A stretch of 64,000 nt of DNA from an uncultured Gemmatimonadaceae bacterium (GTDB taxonomy: Bacteria; Gemmatimonadota; Gemmatimonadetes; Gemmatimonadales; Gemmatimonadaceae), in the NCBI GenBank assembly GCA_963740355.1, contig CAVUDW010000002.1, forward strand, positions 1,792,001 to 1,856,000. The letters run 5' to 3'. Under the pieces are notes generated by a model. It saw nothing but the letters and a program-made list of their open reading frames with translations, was not told the origin of the DNA and made no database searches. The translations under genes and the position numbers were made by a program. This document shows positions 1 through 10,397 of the stretch, piece after piece (the first letter of the stretch is position 1; each line of letters starts with the position of its first letter).

Positions 1-440
1 ACACTGGTGACCGCTGCCTTCGCCATCAGCGAATCGGCGTTGACCGTCGCCACCACGTTGCCGTAGGAACGTCGTGATTGCTCACCGGTCGCTGTCGTGA
101 CGACGGCATCGAGCAGCTTGACGGCCTGCTCGAGTGCAAAGTCGGCGGTGGTCTCACCGTCCGTCGCGCGCACTACGCGGGTGATGGGCTGGTAGCCCAG
201 GCGCAGCACACGAATCGTGAGAGTGCCGGCCGTGATACCGCGCACGGTGAAGCGGCCATCGGCATCGCTCAACGCGCGCAGGCGCGTGCCTTCGATGATG
301 ATCTGTGCCGAGGGGAGTGGTGTATTCGTCGCACGTTCCGTCACACGACCCCGCACGACCCCCGACTGCGCACGCGCAATCGCTGGTGGTGACAGGAGGG
401 TCGCGCACAGGACGCCGATCATCCAACGAGTAGTTCGCAT
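1..440 (-). CDS. SusC/RagA-type TonB-dependent outer membrane receptor, N-terminal part (runs off the left window edge)
   Basis: Not in the ORF track (no stop in window). Manual translation from ATG 440: MRTTRWMIGVLCATLLSPPAIARAQSGVVRGRVTERATNTPLPSAQIIIEGT...GYQP...LLDAVVTTATGEQSRRSYGNVVATV, i.e. signal peptide, carboxypeptidase-regulatory-like domain and TonB-box/plug start. Confidence 0.85.
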   Translation of the reverse strand, partial: MRTTRWMIGVLCATLLSPPAIARAQSGVVRGRVTERATNTPLPSAQIIIEGTRLRALSDADGRFTVRGITAGTLTIRVLRLGYQPITRVVRATDGETTADFALEQAVKLLDAVVTTATGEQSRRSYGNVVATVNADSLMAKAAVTS

Positions 441-1191
441 GTCCGCTTCCTCAGGTGTATTGGGGCGGTCCCGGCGTTCCGGTCGCCCATGTGTTGCTTG
501 GGATCCGCGCATGTCGCGGATCGCGGCGGCACTGCGGTGATTTGCTCAAGGATGACACGCGCGTTTTCGCCCTTGCTGCATGCGAACTCGACGTCGTCCA
601 GTGCACCTCTGGTGTCATGTGTGAGGGGAGACGCGCGACGGCGCGCGGGGCAGGGAGGGATCGATGCGGGGCGAAAACAGAAGCCCGCGAGACTGGTGTC
701 TCGCGGGCGGCGTTGTGCTGGTGTCGGGCCAGCCAATCGGCGAACGCGCGAGACTACATGCGCTCTCGATTGGAGCGCATCGACGCGCAACAGTTCTTGT
801 TGCGCGGGGTATTGGCGTTGGCACGTTTCACGAGCGCCAGTCTCGTGCAATCGATATCGATGTGTCAAGTGCGATGCGCAGCACACTGCATCGCGAGGCG
901 TCGACGCTCACACCACTCTGCATCGCGCCCGATTCGACCTCGCGCAGCCACTCGGCTCGGCTGCACAGAGGGAAGTCACACAAAAGACAGTCCTGTCGTT
1001 TTGTGGTGCGGAATCAAACTCTACGCGAAGATTTGCAGCGGCGTTGAAGGGTCTGATATATCTTCGCCGTCGCACCGCATAAATTCGTCCGCGCACTGAT
1101 CTGATGTTTCAGCCGGTTGACGCATCCCGGGCGTGGAGCGAAACCCATCGAACGTACGGCATACTCATCTGCCGCGTTCGACGGCTTTTGC

Positions 1192-2631
1192 TCAGGCCGC
1201 TACGCTGACACCGCTGAGCAGGTACGTCACGACCTCTGCTGCTGTGTAGTGTGTGCGGCCATCGAGAAAAGTCGCCAGGTGCAGCACGTCGTCACCGCTG
1301 GTCACGATGGCGGGCTCCGCTGTACCGTCGGCGCGCACCTGCGCCTCGCCAATGCCGGCACACAACGCGTTGCAGAGACACTGCCGATCGATGGTGTCCT
1401 CGATCGCACCGCCCTTCGCGACATACTGATCGACGGGTTCCGCGGCGCAGCGGTACATCACACGGCCGTCACTGTTCTTCACGGCTTCGCGCAAATAGCC
1501 GAGATCACAGAGACGATCGCGCGGTGCAATGCCGGTGCCGAAGCCATCCGTCGTCGTCACCACGATCTTGAACGGATACCCCGTCGGCGATGCACGTACA
1601 TCTGTGCGCACACGCAAGTGATTCCCCAGCGCGGCGTCGATCACCTCACGCTTGATCTCTGACGTGAAGCCTGACTCATCAGAGAACGCGAACAACGTAC
1701 CGACCTGGATGCCCGCTGCCCCTTCTGCGATGGCGTGTTCCAGCGCTTGCGGCGAACCCGCACCACCCGCGAGCCAGAACGGCAATCCGATCTCTCGCAG
1801 GGTTGCCAGGTCCACCACGTCACGCTCGCCGTAGATCGGCTCGCCCCGCTCATCGACCTTCAGCGCGCCACGCGGCGGCGCATTGTGCCCGCCGGCTGTC
1901 GGCCCTTCGATGATGAATCCATCCACCCGTCCGTTCGACTTGCGGGCCAGTGTCTGCGCCAGCGATCCAGCCGAAACGATGGGAAAGAACAACGGACGAT
2001 GCAGCGGTGTGTCCGCTTCAGGATTGATGGCGCGCGGATCGAAGGCCAACAACTCCGTCTGGCCACTCTCCAGCCCTGCAACATCGAAACGCAGCGAGAA
2101 AGCCTCATGCTTCGACAACGCATCGAGTGCGCCGGGAATTTCGCGGGGAATGCCTGCACCCATCAGCACCGCATCCACGTTGGCGAGCATCGCACCGTAC
2201 AACAACGGTAGCGTGGGCATCTGGATCTTCGTCAGCAGGTTGATGCCGACCATGCCATCGTGTCCCTCCTTCGCCAGCCACACCTCGACGAAAGCCGCCA
2301 GCACCGTGATCTGCTGCCGGGTCTCGGAGACGCGCTGGCGATAGACGGGGAGCAATCGATACGGCTCCGACGCACCGCGGCCGCCAGGCACGAAGAACTT
2401 CTCCATCACGTCCTCGACCACGGCGCGAATCGGGAAGTGCAGCATTGCACGCCGGACATGGCCACCTGGATCACCATCCTGAAGGCGCCGGACCATCACC
2501 GTGTCGATCGCGGTGCCGGAAACGACGCCGAGCTGGCCAAGGCGCGAGACGGCGCGCGCCAGGGTCCAGTTGGAGACGGCGATTCCCATTCCGCCCTGGA
2601 TGATGCGCGGAAGACGAGTTGATCCAGACAT
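1192..2631 (-). CDS. Nitronate monooxygenase / FabK-like FMN-dependent oxidoreductase with Cys-rich C-terminus
   Basis: IIQGGMG, EGPTAGGH, WLAGG, GIQVGTLF motifs; C-terminal CDLGYL...CAAEP...CLCNAL. Confidence 0.85.
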   Translation of the reverse strand: MSGSTRLPRIIQGGMGIAVSNWTLARAVSRLGQLGVVSGTAIDTVMVRRLQDGDPGGHVRRAMLHFPIRAVVEDVMEKFFVPGGRGASEPYRLLPVYRQRVSETRQQITVLAAFVEVWLAKEGHDGMVGINLLTKIQMPTLPLLYGAMLANVDAVLMGAGIPREIPGALDALSKHEAFSLRFDVAGLESGQTELLAFDPRAINPEADTPLHRPLFFPIVSAGSLAQTLARKSNGRVDGFIIEGPTAGGHNAPPRGALKVDERGEPIYGERDVVDLATLREIGLPFWLAGGAGSPQALEHAIAEGAAGIQVGTLFAFSDESGFTSEIKREVIDAALGNHLRVRTDVRASPTGYPFKIVVTTTDGFGTGIAPRDRLCDLGYLREAVKNSDGRVMYRCAAEPVDQYVAKGGAIEDTIDRQCLCNALCAGIGEAQVRADGTAEPAIVTSGDDVLHLATFLDGRTHYTAAEVVTYLLSGVSVAA

Positions 2632-2755
2632 GGCTGCTCTCAGAAAGTCGGCGTCGCCACCATGGCGACCGCGTGATTCCCGGAGTGTAGGCCGACAGGG
2701 CAGGCGCGGGCATCCGACGATGCCTCACATCGTGTCAGGCAAACCCGCCCAGACG

Positions 2756-3076
2756 TCAAAGGGGGCAGGGTTTCGATCGCATCTCGTCAGCAGCCTTTTT
2801 CGCCGCCAGTGTCGCTTTCCGTTCAGGTGTGTAGGTCCACCATGGTGTGGCCGGCGCCCCTTCCATGAAGCGCACTGCGGCGATGAACACATCGATGCAG
2901 CAGGGATCGTGTCGCTGATTGGTGACGGCGCACAAGCGATCGTACAACGCGTACGGATCCTGGCCGATGATGGCGGCTGGCGACTCGAAACCGAGCACCT
3001 TGAAGTCGCCGGCCGTCGCCTTGCCGACATTCGGAATCTGCTCAAACCGGGTGTATTCGCTTCGATCTTCTGCCAT
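2756..3076 (-). CDS. Small helix-hairpin-helix protein (Cdd1 / 'mitomycin resistance protein' family)
   Basis: IPNVGKATAGD HhH motif, DPYALYDRLC...HDPCCIDVF...PWW; start taken at ATG 3076. Confidence 0.8.
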   Translation of the reverse strand: MAEDRSEYTRFEQIPNVGKATAGDFKVLGFESPAAIIGQDPYALYDRLCAVTNQRHDPCCIDVFIAAVRFMEGAPATPWWTYTPERKATLAAKKAADEMRSKPCPL

Positions 3077-3292
3077 CGATCCCTCGGCCGTGGGACTGTG
3101 CCGTCGCGCTCGGCCAGTCGGGTGACGCCACATCTGCGTCCGGCAAGGAACACACGATCACCGCTCCGGTCCACCCAGCCTGGCCGGTGATCCGAGTGTG
3201 CACAACGGTGGAGGGCTTCGTACCTTCGAGCCGATCCGCGGCCGGTGCCGCCGCCCCTCCGGCCGTTCAAACATCCCTTCGCCTCGCCCGCC

Positions 3293-6200
3293 ATGCGCCG
3301 CCCGATACTGCTCGTCTCTCTGGTGAGTTCCCTGGCCGCTGCGACGGCCGCAGCTCCCCTCGGGGCGCAGGCCGCCCGCGCCACGCTGATCGAGCCCTCC
3401 CTGTCGCCCGATGCGAAGGAGATCGTGTTTTCCTCCGGCGGCGACCTCTGGACCGTGCCCGCCGCCGGGGGCGATGCCCGCCTGCTGGTGTCGCATCCCG
3501 CCACGGAATCACGGCCGCTCTGGTCGCCTGACGGTACGCGCCTCGCCTTCATCAGCACGCGTAGCGGGAATGGCGACATCTACGTCCTGACGCTGGCCAC
3601 CGGAGCGCTGCAGCGCATCACCTTCGACGATGGTCTCGATCAACTCAGCGCCTGGTCGCGGGATGGGCAGTGGCTCTGGTTCAGCTCCTCGAGCCGCGAC
3701 ATCGCCGGCATGAGCGACGTGTATCGCGTGCCGAGCAGCGGCGGCACGCCGATGATCGTCGCGGGCGACCGATATGCAAGTGAGTATTGGCCCGCGCCAT
3801 CGCGTGACGGCCGTCGCATTGCCATCACTGCCCGCGGCACCACCTCTGCGCAATGGTGGCGGCGCGGACATTCGCACCTCGACGAAAGCGAACTGTGGGT
3901 CGTGTCGCTGGCCGGCGAGACCCCGACGTACACCGCCGTCAGTCGCGGCGGTGATGGGAAGGACCAGTGGCCGATGTGGAGCGCGGATGAGAGCTCGCTG
4001 TTTTATGTCCGTGACACCGCCGGCGTCGAGAATCTCTGGAGTCGGCCGGTGGCAGGCGGAGCCCCGCGTCGCATGACACAGTTCAGCAATGGGCGTGTGC
4101 TCTGGCCATCGATGTCGGCGGATGGCAGCGCGATCGTCTTCGAGCGCGATTTCGGGATCTGGCACTACGATGTCGCCACCAGCCAGGCCCGCGCCGTGAG
4201 CATCACGTTGCGCGGCACGCCGGCGGTGTCGGACGCGGATCGTCTTTCCATCACGACTGGGGCCAGTGCCCTCGTGATCTCGCCGGACGGTCGCAAGGTG
4301 GCGTTCACGGCGCGTGGTGATGTCTGGGTCACCGGCGCCAAGGACGGTGGCGAGGCGGTGCGCATCTCGACCAATGCCGGCCCAGACGTCGAGCCGATCT
4401 GGCTCGCCGACAGTCGTCGGATCGTCTACAGCAGCAAGCGCGGTGACAACTGGCGGCTGGTGAGAGCGGATGTCGTCTCGCGAGAGGAAACATTGCTCAC
4501 CGCCGGTGGCATCGATGGTGGTGCGACACTCTCGCGTGATGGGCGCCGCATCGCGTATCAGCATGACGGCAACAGCATTCGTGTGATCGACGTCGACGGC
4601 TCCAATGACCGTCAGGTGGCCACGGGGCATTTTGGTGTACCGCCGTTCTTTGCGGGCCGCGAAATTGCCTGGTCACCGGATAATGCCTGGATCGCTTTTC
4701 TCAGCACCGAGGACAAGGGCTTCACGAACGTGTACGTCGTACCGAGTGCCGGTGGTGAGAAGCGTCCGGTCAGCTTCCTTGGCAACTCGTTCGCGAGCTC
4801 GGTGATCTGGAGCAACGACGGGCAATTCCTGCTCTACGACACCAGCCAGCGCACCGAACAATCGTCACTGGTGCGTATCGACCTCGTGCCGCGTACGCCG
4901 CGCTTTCGCGAAGATCAGTTCCGCGACCTGTTCGCGGCACCGCCCGCGCGCGATACCGCTCGCCCTGCGGCGCCACGCGATAGCAGTGTTCGCGATTCGG
5001 CACGCGCGCGCCCGTCAGCGGCCCGGAAGACGGATATCACCTGGGAGGGTATTCGGCAGCGCGCAAGTGTCGTGCTGACCGGCTTCTCACTTGCCGACCT
5101 GTCGTCTGACGGCAAGACGCTGCTGTTGCAGGCGCAGTTCGCGGGGCTGCCGAGTCTCTATACCTACTCGATCGATCCGCTGGCCACCGAACCTGCCGTG
5201 CCGAAGCAGGTCACGACGTCGCCCGGCTTCAAGTCGAGCGTGCAATACTCGCCTGACGGCAAGGAACTCTGGTTCACCGAGGCCGGTCGGATTTCCGTGG
5301 TCACGGTGGACAATCGCGCGGTGCGCACGGTCGCATTCCGCGGGGATCGCGATCTCGATCCGGCGGCGGAGCGTGTCGCGGCCTTCGAGGAAGGGTGGGC
5401 CTATCAGCGCGACGCGTTCTACGATCCGAAGATGCATGGCGCCGATTGGAGTGGTGTGCGTGCACGATTCGCCCCGCAAGTCAGCGGCGCGCGGACGGCC
5501 GACGAATTCCGTCGCCTGATGAACCTGATGGTCGGCGAACTGAACGCATCTCATTCGGGCGCCAGTGGTCCGGCCGCACAGGCGCCATTCACTGGTCGCA
5601 TCGGTGCACGATTCAATCGCGCCGCGTACGATGCCACCGGCCGATACGTGTTGAGCGAGATCATCGCGCAGTCTCCATTGGCATCGGCCACTGACGTGAA
5701 GGTCGGTGAGGCGATCGTCGCCATCAACGGTGTGCGCCTCACGCGCACCGCAAACCTCGACTCGCTCCTCGCATATACCACCGACAAGCGCGTCTCACTC
5801 CGCGTTGCAAGCAGTGCGAACGTCGAACGCGACGTGTCGCTGCGCCCAGTGAACACGGCGACCGAGAAGGGGTTGCTCTACCGCCAGTGGGTGGAGGAGC
5901 GGCGCGCCTACGTGGCCAAGGCGAGTAACGGCCGACTCGGCTACGTGCACCTCTTCGACATGGGGCAGGGGTCGCTCGATCAGCTGTTCCTCGACCTCGA
6001 TGCCGAGAATCAGGGTCGCGAGGGGATTGTGGTCGACGTTCGCAACAACAACGGCGGCTTCGTGAACGCCTACGCGCTCGATGTGTTCGCACGTCGGCCG
6101 TACATGACCATGACGACGCGTGGCCAACCGAGTGCGCCAGCGCGCCTGCAGCTCGGCCAACGCTCGTTCGACCGGCCAGCAGTGCTGGTCACCAACCAGC

Positions 6201-6493
6201 ACTCACTTTCCGACGCCGAGGATTTCACCGAGGGCTGGCGTGCGCTGAAGCTGGGTCCAGTGATTGGTGAACCCACGGCCGGATGGATCATCTACACCTC
6301 CGGCGCGCAGCTAGTGGATGGGACGGCCTTGCGCATGCCGTTCATCCGGATCCAGGGCGCTGATGGCAAGGACATGGAGCTCGTGCCGCGCCCGGTCGAC
6401 AAGCTGGTGGTTCGACCGGTCGGCGAGGCGTACGGCGGCAAGGATTCGCAGCTCGACGCGGCGGTGTCCGACCTGCTCAGTCGCTTGCGCTGA
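3293..6493 (+). CDS. Tricorn-like S41 family peptidase with TolB/PD40 beta-propeller repeats, exported
   Basis: Signal peptide, repeated P-x-WSPDG motifs, GELNASH, PDZ-like region, DVRNNNGG, SLSDAEDF, GEPTAG. Confidence 0.92.
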   Translation: MRRPILLVSLVSSLAAATAAAPLGAQAARATLIEPSLSPDAKEIVFSSGGDLWTVPAAGGDARLLVSHPATESRPLWSPDGTRLAFISTRSGNGDIYVLTLATGALQRITFDDGLDQLSAWSRDGQWLWFSSSSRDIAGMSDVYRVPSSGGTPMIVAGDRYASEYWPAPSRDGRRIAITARGTTSAQWWRRGHSHLDESELWVVSLAGETPTYTAVSRGGDGKDQWPMWSADESSLFYVRDTAGVENLWSRPVAGGAPRRMTQFSNGRVLWPSMSADGSAIVFERDFGIWHYDVATSQARAVSITLRGTPAVSDADRLSITTGASALVISPDGRKVAFTARGDVWVTGAKDGGEAVRISTNAGPDVEPIWLADSRRIVYSSKRGDNWRLVRADVVSREETLLTAGGIDGGATLSRDGRRIAYQHDGNSIRVIDVDGSNDRQVATGHFGVPPFFAGREIAWSPDNAWIAFLSTEDKGFTNVYVVPSAGGEKRPVSFLGNSFASSVIWSNDGQFLLYDTSQRTEQSSLVRIDLVPRTPRFREDQFRDLFAAPPARDTARPAAPRDSSVRDSARARPSAARKTDITWEGIRQRASVVLTGFSLADLSSDGKTLLLQAQFAGLPSLYTYSIDPLATEPAVPKQVTTSPGFKSSVQYSPDGKELWFTEAGRISVVTVDNRAVRTVAFRGDRDLDPAAERVAAFEEGWAYQRDAFYDPKMHGADWSGVRARFAPQVSGARTADEFRRLMNLMVGELNASHSGASGPAAQAPFTGRIGARFNRAAYDATGRYVLSEIIAQSPLASATDVKVGEAIVAINGVRLTRTANLDSLLAYTTDKRVSLRVASSANVERDVSLRPVNTATEKGLLYRQWVEERRAYVAKASNGRLGYVHLFDMGQGSLDQLFLDLDAENQGREGIVVDVRNNNGGFVNAYALDVFARRPYMTMTTRGQPSAPARLQLGQRSFDRPAVLVTNQHSLSDAEDFTEGWRALKLGPVIGEPTAGWIIYTSGAQLVDGTALRMPFIRIQGADGKDMELVPRPVDKLVVRPVGEAYGGKDSQLDAAVSDLLSRLR

Positions 6494-6523
6494 CCGGCGG
6501 ATCGGGCCATCCGGCGCGGCGCG

Positions 6524-7699
6524 TTACGGCTTGACCGTGCGCGCCGCGCTCGATGTCAGGCGTCGGATGAGCGACGTCTCGGTGGTGTCGTACGGCGTGC
6601 CGTTGGTCTGGAAGACATCGTGGAACCACACCGGAGGCGGAGCGGTGTATTCGCGCTGCCAGGTATCCCACGGGTAGATCGTCTGCGATCGCCCGTTCAC
6701 GAAGCCCCAGTTGATCGCGCCGACTTTCTGCTCGGCGAACCAGGGCAAGTGTGTCGCGAAGGTGCTGCCCGTTGGACGCGCCATGTATTCCGAGGCGATG
6801 ATCGGCTTGCCGTAGTGGCGAAGCGCCGCCACCAGCTGCTGCGTGCGGGGCAGGGCATCGTAGCTGTGGAACGTGATCACATCCGATTGTTCGAACATCA
6901 TCTTCGAGATGGGCAGGATGCGTGCGGCGTCGTCGTAGTCACCCTTCCACGGCGCTGCCGTGAGCGGCTGTGTGGCGTCGGCCTCGCGCGCCCACTGAAA
7001 GGTCCGCAGCACGAGCTTGTGCGCGAACACTTCCTTGTTGCGCGGTTCGAACATGAAGTACGCCGGCCGATTGATGTTGTCCGGCTCGTTGAAGATGTCC
7101 CATGCGAGGACTCGCCGGTCACGCGCGAATCGCCGCACCACGCCCTGCACGTAGGGCCGCAGCGCGTCGTGGTGCAGGGTATCGGTGAGGGCCTTCACGC
7201 CGGGGCTCTGCACCCACACCGAGTTGTGCACGAAGGGATACGGTTCGCGCTGCGGACCGGTGTGGGGGAATGGATCCCAGACGCCGTCGAACAGCACGAA
7301 CATCGGCCGGATGTGATGCTTCGAAGCGATCGCGAGGAAGCTGTCCATCCGCTTCAGGAAGCCCGTCGAATCCTGCGTCCACAACAGGTCGTGCAGGAAC
7401 ACGCGCATCGTGTTCATCCCGATCGACTCGGCCCACCCCAGTTCGCGATCGATGGTGACCGGGTCCCACGTTTTGGCCTGCCACATCTCCAGCTGGTTGC
7501 TCGCAGTGCTCGGTACGTAGTTCGCGCCAACAAGCCAGCCGGCGCTATCGGCCCATGCCGTCGCGCGGGCCGGCGACCAGATCGCGCGGCTGGCGGCTGT
7601 TGCACGCTGGGCTGACGCACTGGCGCTGGCGATGCCGACGAGCATCACGGCGGAAAGAGACTGACGCGCAATGGCGCGCGTCCGGGTTACGAAGCGCAT
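6524..7699 (-). CDS. Exported glycoside hydrolase (GH5/clan-A like; often annotated 1,4-beta-xylanase)
   Basis: GANYVPS, MNTMRVFLH, WDIFNEP (acid/base), ITFHSY, SEYMAR (nucleophile); signal peptide ending ASA-Q. Confidence 0.85.
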   Translation of the reverse strand: MRFVTRTRAIARQSLSAVMLVGIASASASAQRATAASRAIWSPARATAWADSAGWLVGANYVPSTASNQLEMWQAKTWDPVTIDRELGWAESIGMNTMRVFLHDLLWTQDSTGFLKRMDSFLAIASKHHIRPMFVLFDGVWDPFPHTGPQREPYPFVHNSVWVQSPGVKALTDTLHHDALRPYVQGVVRRFARDRRVLAWDIFNEPDNINRPAYFMFEPRNKEVFAHKLVLRTFQWAREADATQPLTAAPWKGDYDDAARILPISKMMFEQSDVITFHSYDALPRTQQLVAALRHYGKPIIASEYMARPTGSTFATHLPWFAEQKVGAINWGFVNGRSQTIYPWDTWQREYTAPPPVWFHDVFQTNGTPYDTTETSLIRRLTSSAARTVKP

Positions 7700-7830
7700 G
7701 TTCGCACAGGTCCGGGAGTATGGGAAAAGCGACTCGCGGAAACTGCGGGGTGGACCACGCTGCGTGGAGTGCGGCACCGGAACGGGCATCTGACATTTTC
7801 ACCAGACTGCGGCGCCGTGGGGCGTCGGCA

Positions 7831-9645
7831 CTACGGCTTTCGCGGCTGTGCCTGGATTGTGCCCGGATGCGGGGTGTACCCGGTGCCGGGCCGGAGACTG
7901 AATTCGCCTGTCTCACGTGCCGAGAGGCCCTGCGTCGTGTCGCTCACGGCGAGCTCGATCGTGAACCGCGCGCCGCCCCTCGGCGCATCGTCCACGGCGA
8001 TGGTGCCGTCATGCATCACGATCAGGTTCCGCACCACCGCCAGGCCGATGCCGCTGCCACCAGTCGTGCCCTGATCACCGAGGCGCACGAAGGGCTGCCA
8101 CATGCGATTGCGATCGCCGTGCTTGATGCCGGGTCCTTCGTCGGTCACCACGATGCGCGCCACGGAGCCGATCCGTTCGAGGTCGATGCGAACCGTCTGA
8201 CCGGCGGGGCCGTACTTGAGCGCATTGTCGAGCAGGTTGACCACCACCTGCCGCATCGCGCGCGGGTCCACGAGGCTGAAGATTCGCGACGGGGCGTCTA
8301 CCACGATGTGCATCCGCTGCTGCACGGCGAGCGGCACGTACCCTTCCGCGATCTCCTCGATCAGTTCACCAAGATCCGTGCGCTCGCGCTCGAGCTTCGT
8401 GCGATCGGCATCGATGTGCGAGAAGAGCAGGATGTTCTCCACCAGGTCGCCGAGGCGTCGCGCTTCGCGCCCGATGATGTTGAGCCAGCGCGTACGCTCC
8501 TCCTCATCCTGCTCGCGGCGCAGCAGGAGCGTTTCGGTGAACATGCGAATCTGGGCCAGAGGCGTGCGCAGCTCGTGCGACACACTGGCGACGAAATCAC
8601 GCCGCGCGCGTGTCAGGCGTTGTTCACGCCACAGTCCGAAGCCGGCCAGCATCGCCAGCAGGAGTGCCACAGTGGGAAGCATCGCCTCGAGGGGAATTCG
8701 CACGGTGTGGATCGTGCCGCCCATTTCATAGGTGATGAAAGGGGCATCGCGCGTGGCCTGCAGCGAGTGACGAATCGACGCCAGCAGCGCCGGATGCAGC
8801 GTCTCGATGGCGCTGAATGCGCCGGTACCGGTGTTGAACGTGAACTTGCCCTCGACGCTGCCGGGGAACGGCGGCCTCGAGTCGTAGATCACGCGGCCAT
8901 TCACGTCGACGAGCCGGATGGCCACCAACGAGTCGGAATGGGACGCATCCAGCCCGAAGCGATACTGCGGATCGATGAAGGTTCCTGGCAGCAGCGGCAA
9001 CTCGCGCATCACGGCATCACCAACCGACTTCCATCCACGGCGCCGCGAATAGACGAAGCCGTAGTGTGCGACTTCATTGCCCGCGGCATCGTGCAGGGTG
9101 GCCAGGCCGAGCGTGAGCGGCTCCGGCTCATTCACCATCATCCACGCCATCGGCTCGATGCGGCTGTCGCTCGGAACTGGCCGCGTCAGGATCAGCTCCC
9201 GGATCCGGTTCCGGATGCGCTCCGACGCCGCAGCACCCGTCCCTTCGATTGCTCGCGACTTCGCGTCGAGCCGGAAGAAGCCTCGATTGGGATCGTCGAT
9301 CGCGAAGCCGATCTGGTCCATCGTCTCGCGTGCGTGTGCAGCAAAATTCTCGAGCGAAGGCGGCCGCTGCCCAGGGAGCACACGCGTGCCGTAGATCGAC
9401 GAGAGAATGCGCATGCGCGCACTCTCGAACAGGTAATACCCACGATCACCGAAGAGCCGCGCCCCGAGGCTCGCGTATTCACGAATCGCATCATCCGCGA
9501 CACGACGACGCTGACCGGTCAGGCGAAGGAAGGCGCTCGTGCTGAGTAGCGTGAGCGCCAGCATCAGGAGCAGCAGGGCACCAAACCCGAGTGTCGTGAA
9601 GCTTGGCAGGTGCCAGCGTCGACGCAGGCGGTCGAGTGACCTCAT
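7831..9645 (-). CDS. Membrane sensor histidine kinase
   Basis: Two TM helices around a large periplasmic region; SHELRTPL, NLLDNALKY, DEGPGI, GSGIGL boxes; start overlaps the response-regulator stop. Confidence 0.93.
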   Translation of the reverse strand: MRSLDRLRRRWHLPSFTTLGFGALLLLMLALTLLSTSAFLRLTGQRRRVADDAIREYASLGARLFGDRGYYLFESARMRILSSIYGTRVLPGQRPPSLENFAAHARETMDQIGFAIDDPNRGFFRLDAKSRAIEGTGAAASERIRNRIRELILTRPVPSDSRIEPMAWMMVNEPEPLTLGLATLHDAAGNEVAHYGFVYSRRRGWKSVGDAVMRELPLLPGTFIDPQYRFGLDASHSDSLVAIRLVDVNGRVIYDSRPPFPGSVEGKFTFNTGTGAFSAIETLHPALLASIRHSLQATRDAPFITYEMGGTIHTVRIPLEAMLPTVALLLAMLAGFGLWREQRLTRARRDFVASVSHELRTPLAQIRMFTETLLLRREQDEEERTRWLNIIGREARRLGDLVENILLFSHIDADRTKLERERTDLGELIEEIAEGYVPLAVQQRMHIVVDAPSRIFSLVDPRAMRQVVVNLLDNALKYGPAGQTVRIDLERIGSVARIVVTDEGPGIKHGDRNRMWQPFVRLGDQGTTGGSGIGLAVVRNLIVMHDGTIAVDDAPRGGARFTIELAVSDTTQGLSARETGEFSLRPGTGYTPHPGTIQAQPRKP

Positions 9646-10250
9646 GCCTGACCGCGCAGGATCGCCCCCACCCGTGCCCGCGTCGACGCACCCAGCTTGA
9701 ACAACACCTGCTCGGTGTGATTCCTGGCGGTGTACGTGCTCAGGCCCAGCGCCTCCGCGATCTCGGCGTTCGACATGCCCTGCGCCAGCAGGCGCGAGAC
9801 CTCGACCTGGCGATCGGTGAGACCAAAACGCGACTGCAGTTCCTCGTCCCGCAGGCCGCTCACCGTGGCCGTGGCGGTCGCTTCACCGGTGCCGCGCCGA
9901 AGATGGGCTCCGATGCGAGCCATCAACTCCACTACGCCAAACGGCTTGGTGACGTAGTCGTCGGCGCCGAGGCGGAAACCTTTCACCTTGTCGGACTCGA
10001 GGCCACGCGCGCTGAGGATCAACACCGGCGAGTGCACGCCACGGTTGCGCATCTCTTCGAGGACGAAGTAGCCATCACGATCCGGCAGCCCCAGGTCGAG
10101 CAGGACCAGGTCTGGCGTTTCCTGCGCGGTCGATTCGAGGGCCGCCTTGGCACACGCGGCCACCGCGACGCGGTGCCCCTCGTGCTCGAGGTTCCGCTTC
10201 AGCCCACTCGCCAGGTCCACGTTGTCTTCGACGATCAGGATGCGCTTCAT
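9642..10250 (-). CDS. Response regulator (receiver + LuxR-type HTH)
   Basis: ILIVEDN...LLDLGLP...GADDYVTKPF; C-terminal LTDRQVEVSRLLAQGMSNAEIAEALGLS..TARNH. Confidence 0.9.
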   Translation of the reverse strand: MKRILIVEDNVDLASGLKRNLEHEGHRVAVAACAKAALESTAQETPDLVLLDLGLPDRDGYFVLEEMRNRGVHSPVLILSARGLESDKVKGFRLGADDYVTKPFGVVELMARIGAHLRRGTGEATATATVSGLRDEELQSRFGLTDRQVEVSRLLAQGMSNAEIAEALGLSTYTARNHTEQVLFKLGASTRARVGAILRGQA

Positions 10251-10397
10251 GGTCAGCTCGGAATCTGGCATCGGGAAGGGGAGCGTGCGACTGAACGTGC
10301 ACCCGGCGGGGGAGGCGGGCGTGGGTGGTTTGACCCATGCCCGCCTCCCCGTGTGTATCGAGCGGCTACCCGGCCATATGGGGAGCCCCGGCTGGAC

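Noticed and set aside
944..980. AGCCACTC...GAGGGAAG resembling a cobalamin riboswitch B12 box
   Set aside because: On the strand opposite to the TonB receptor gene, and the upstream GGGAA..GGTG..AATCC core is not visible.
7555..9549. 664-aa ORF on the + strand (and similar long antisense ORFs such as 9603-11159, 50732-52075, 54585-55955)
   Set aside because: Shadow ORFs antisense to well-supported genes; expected at high GC; no recognisable motifs.
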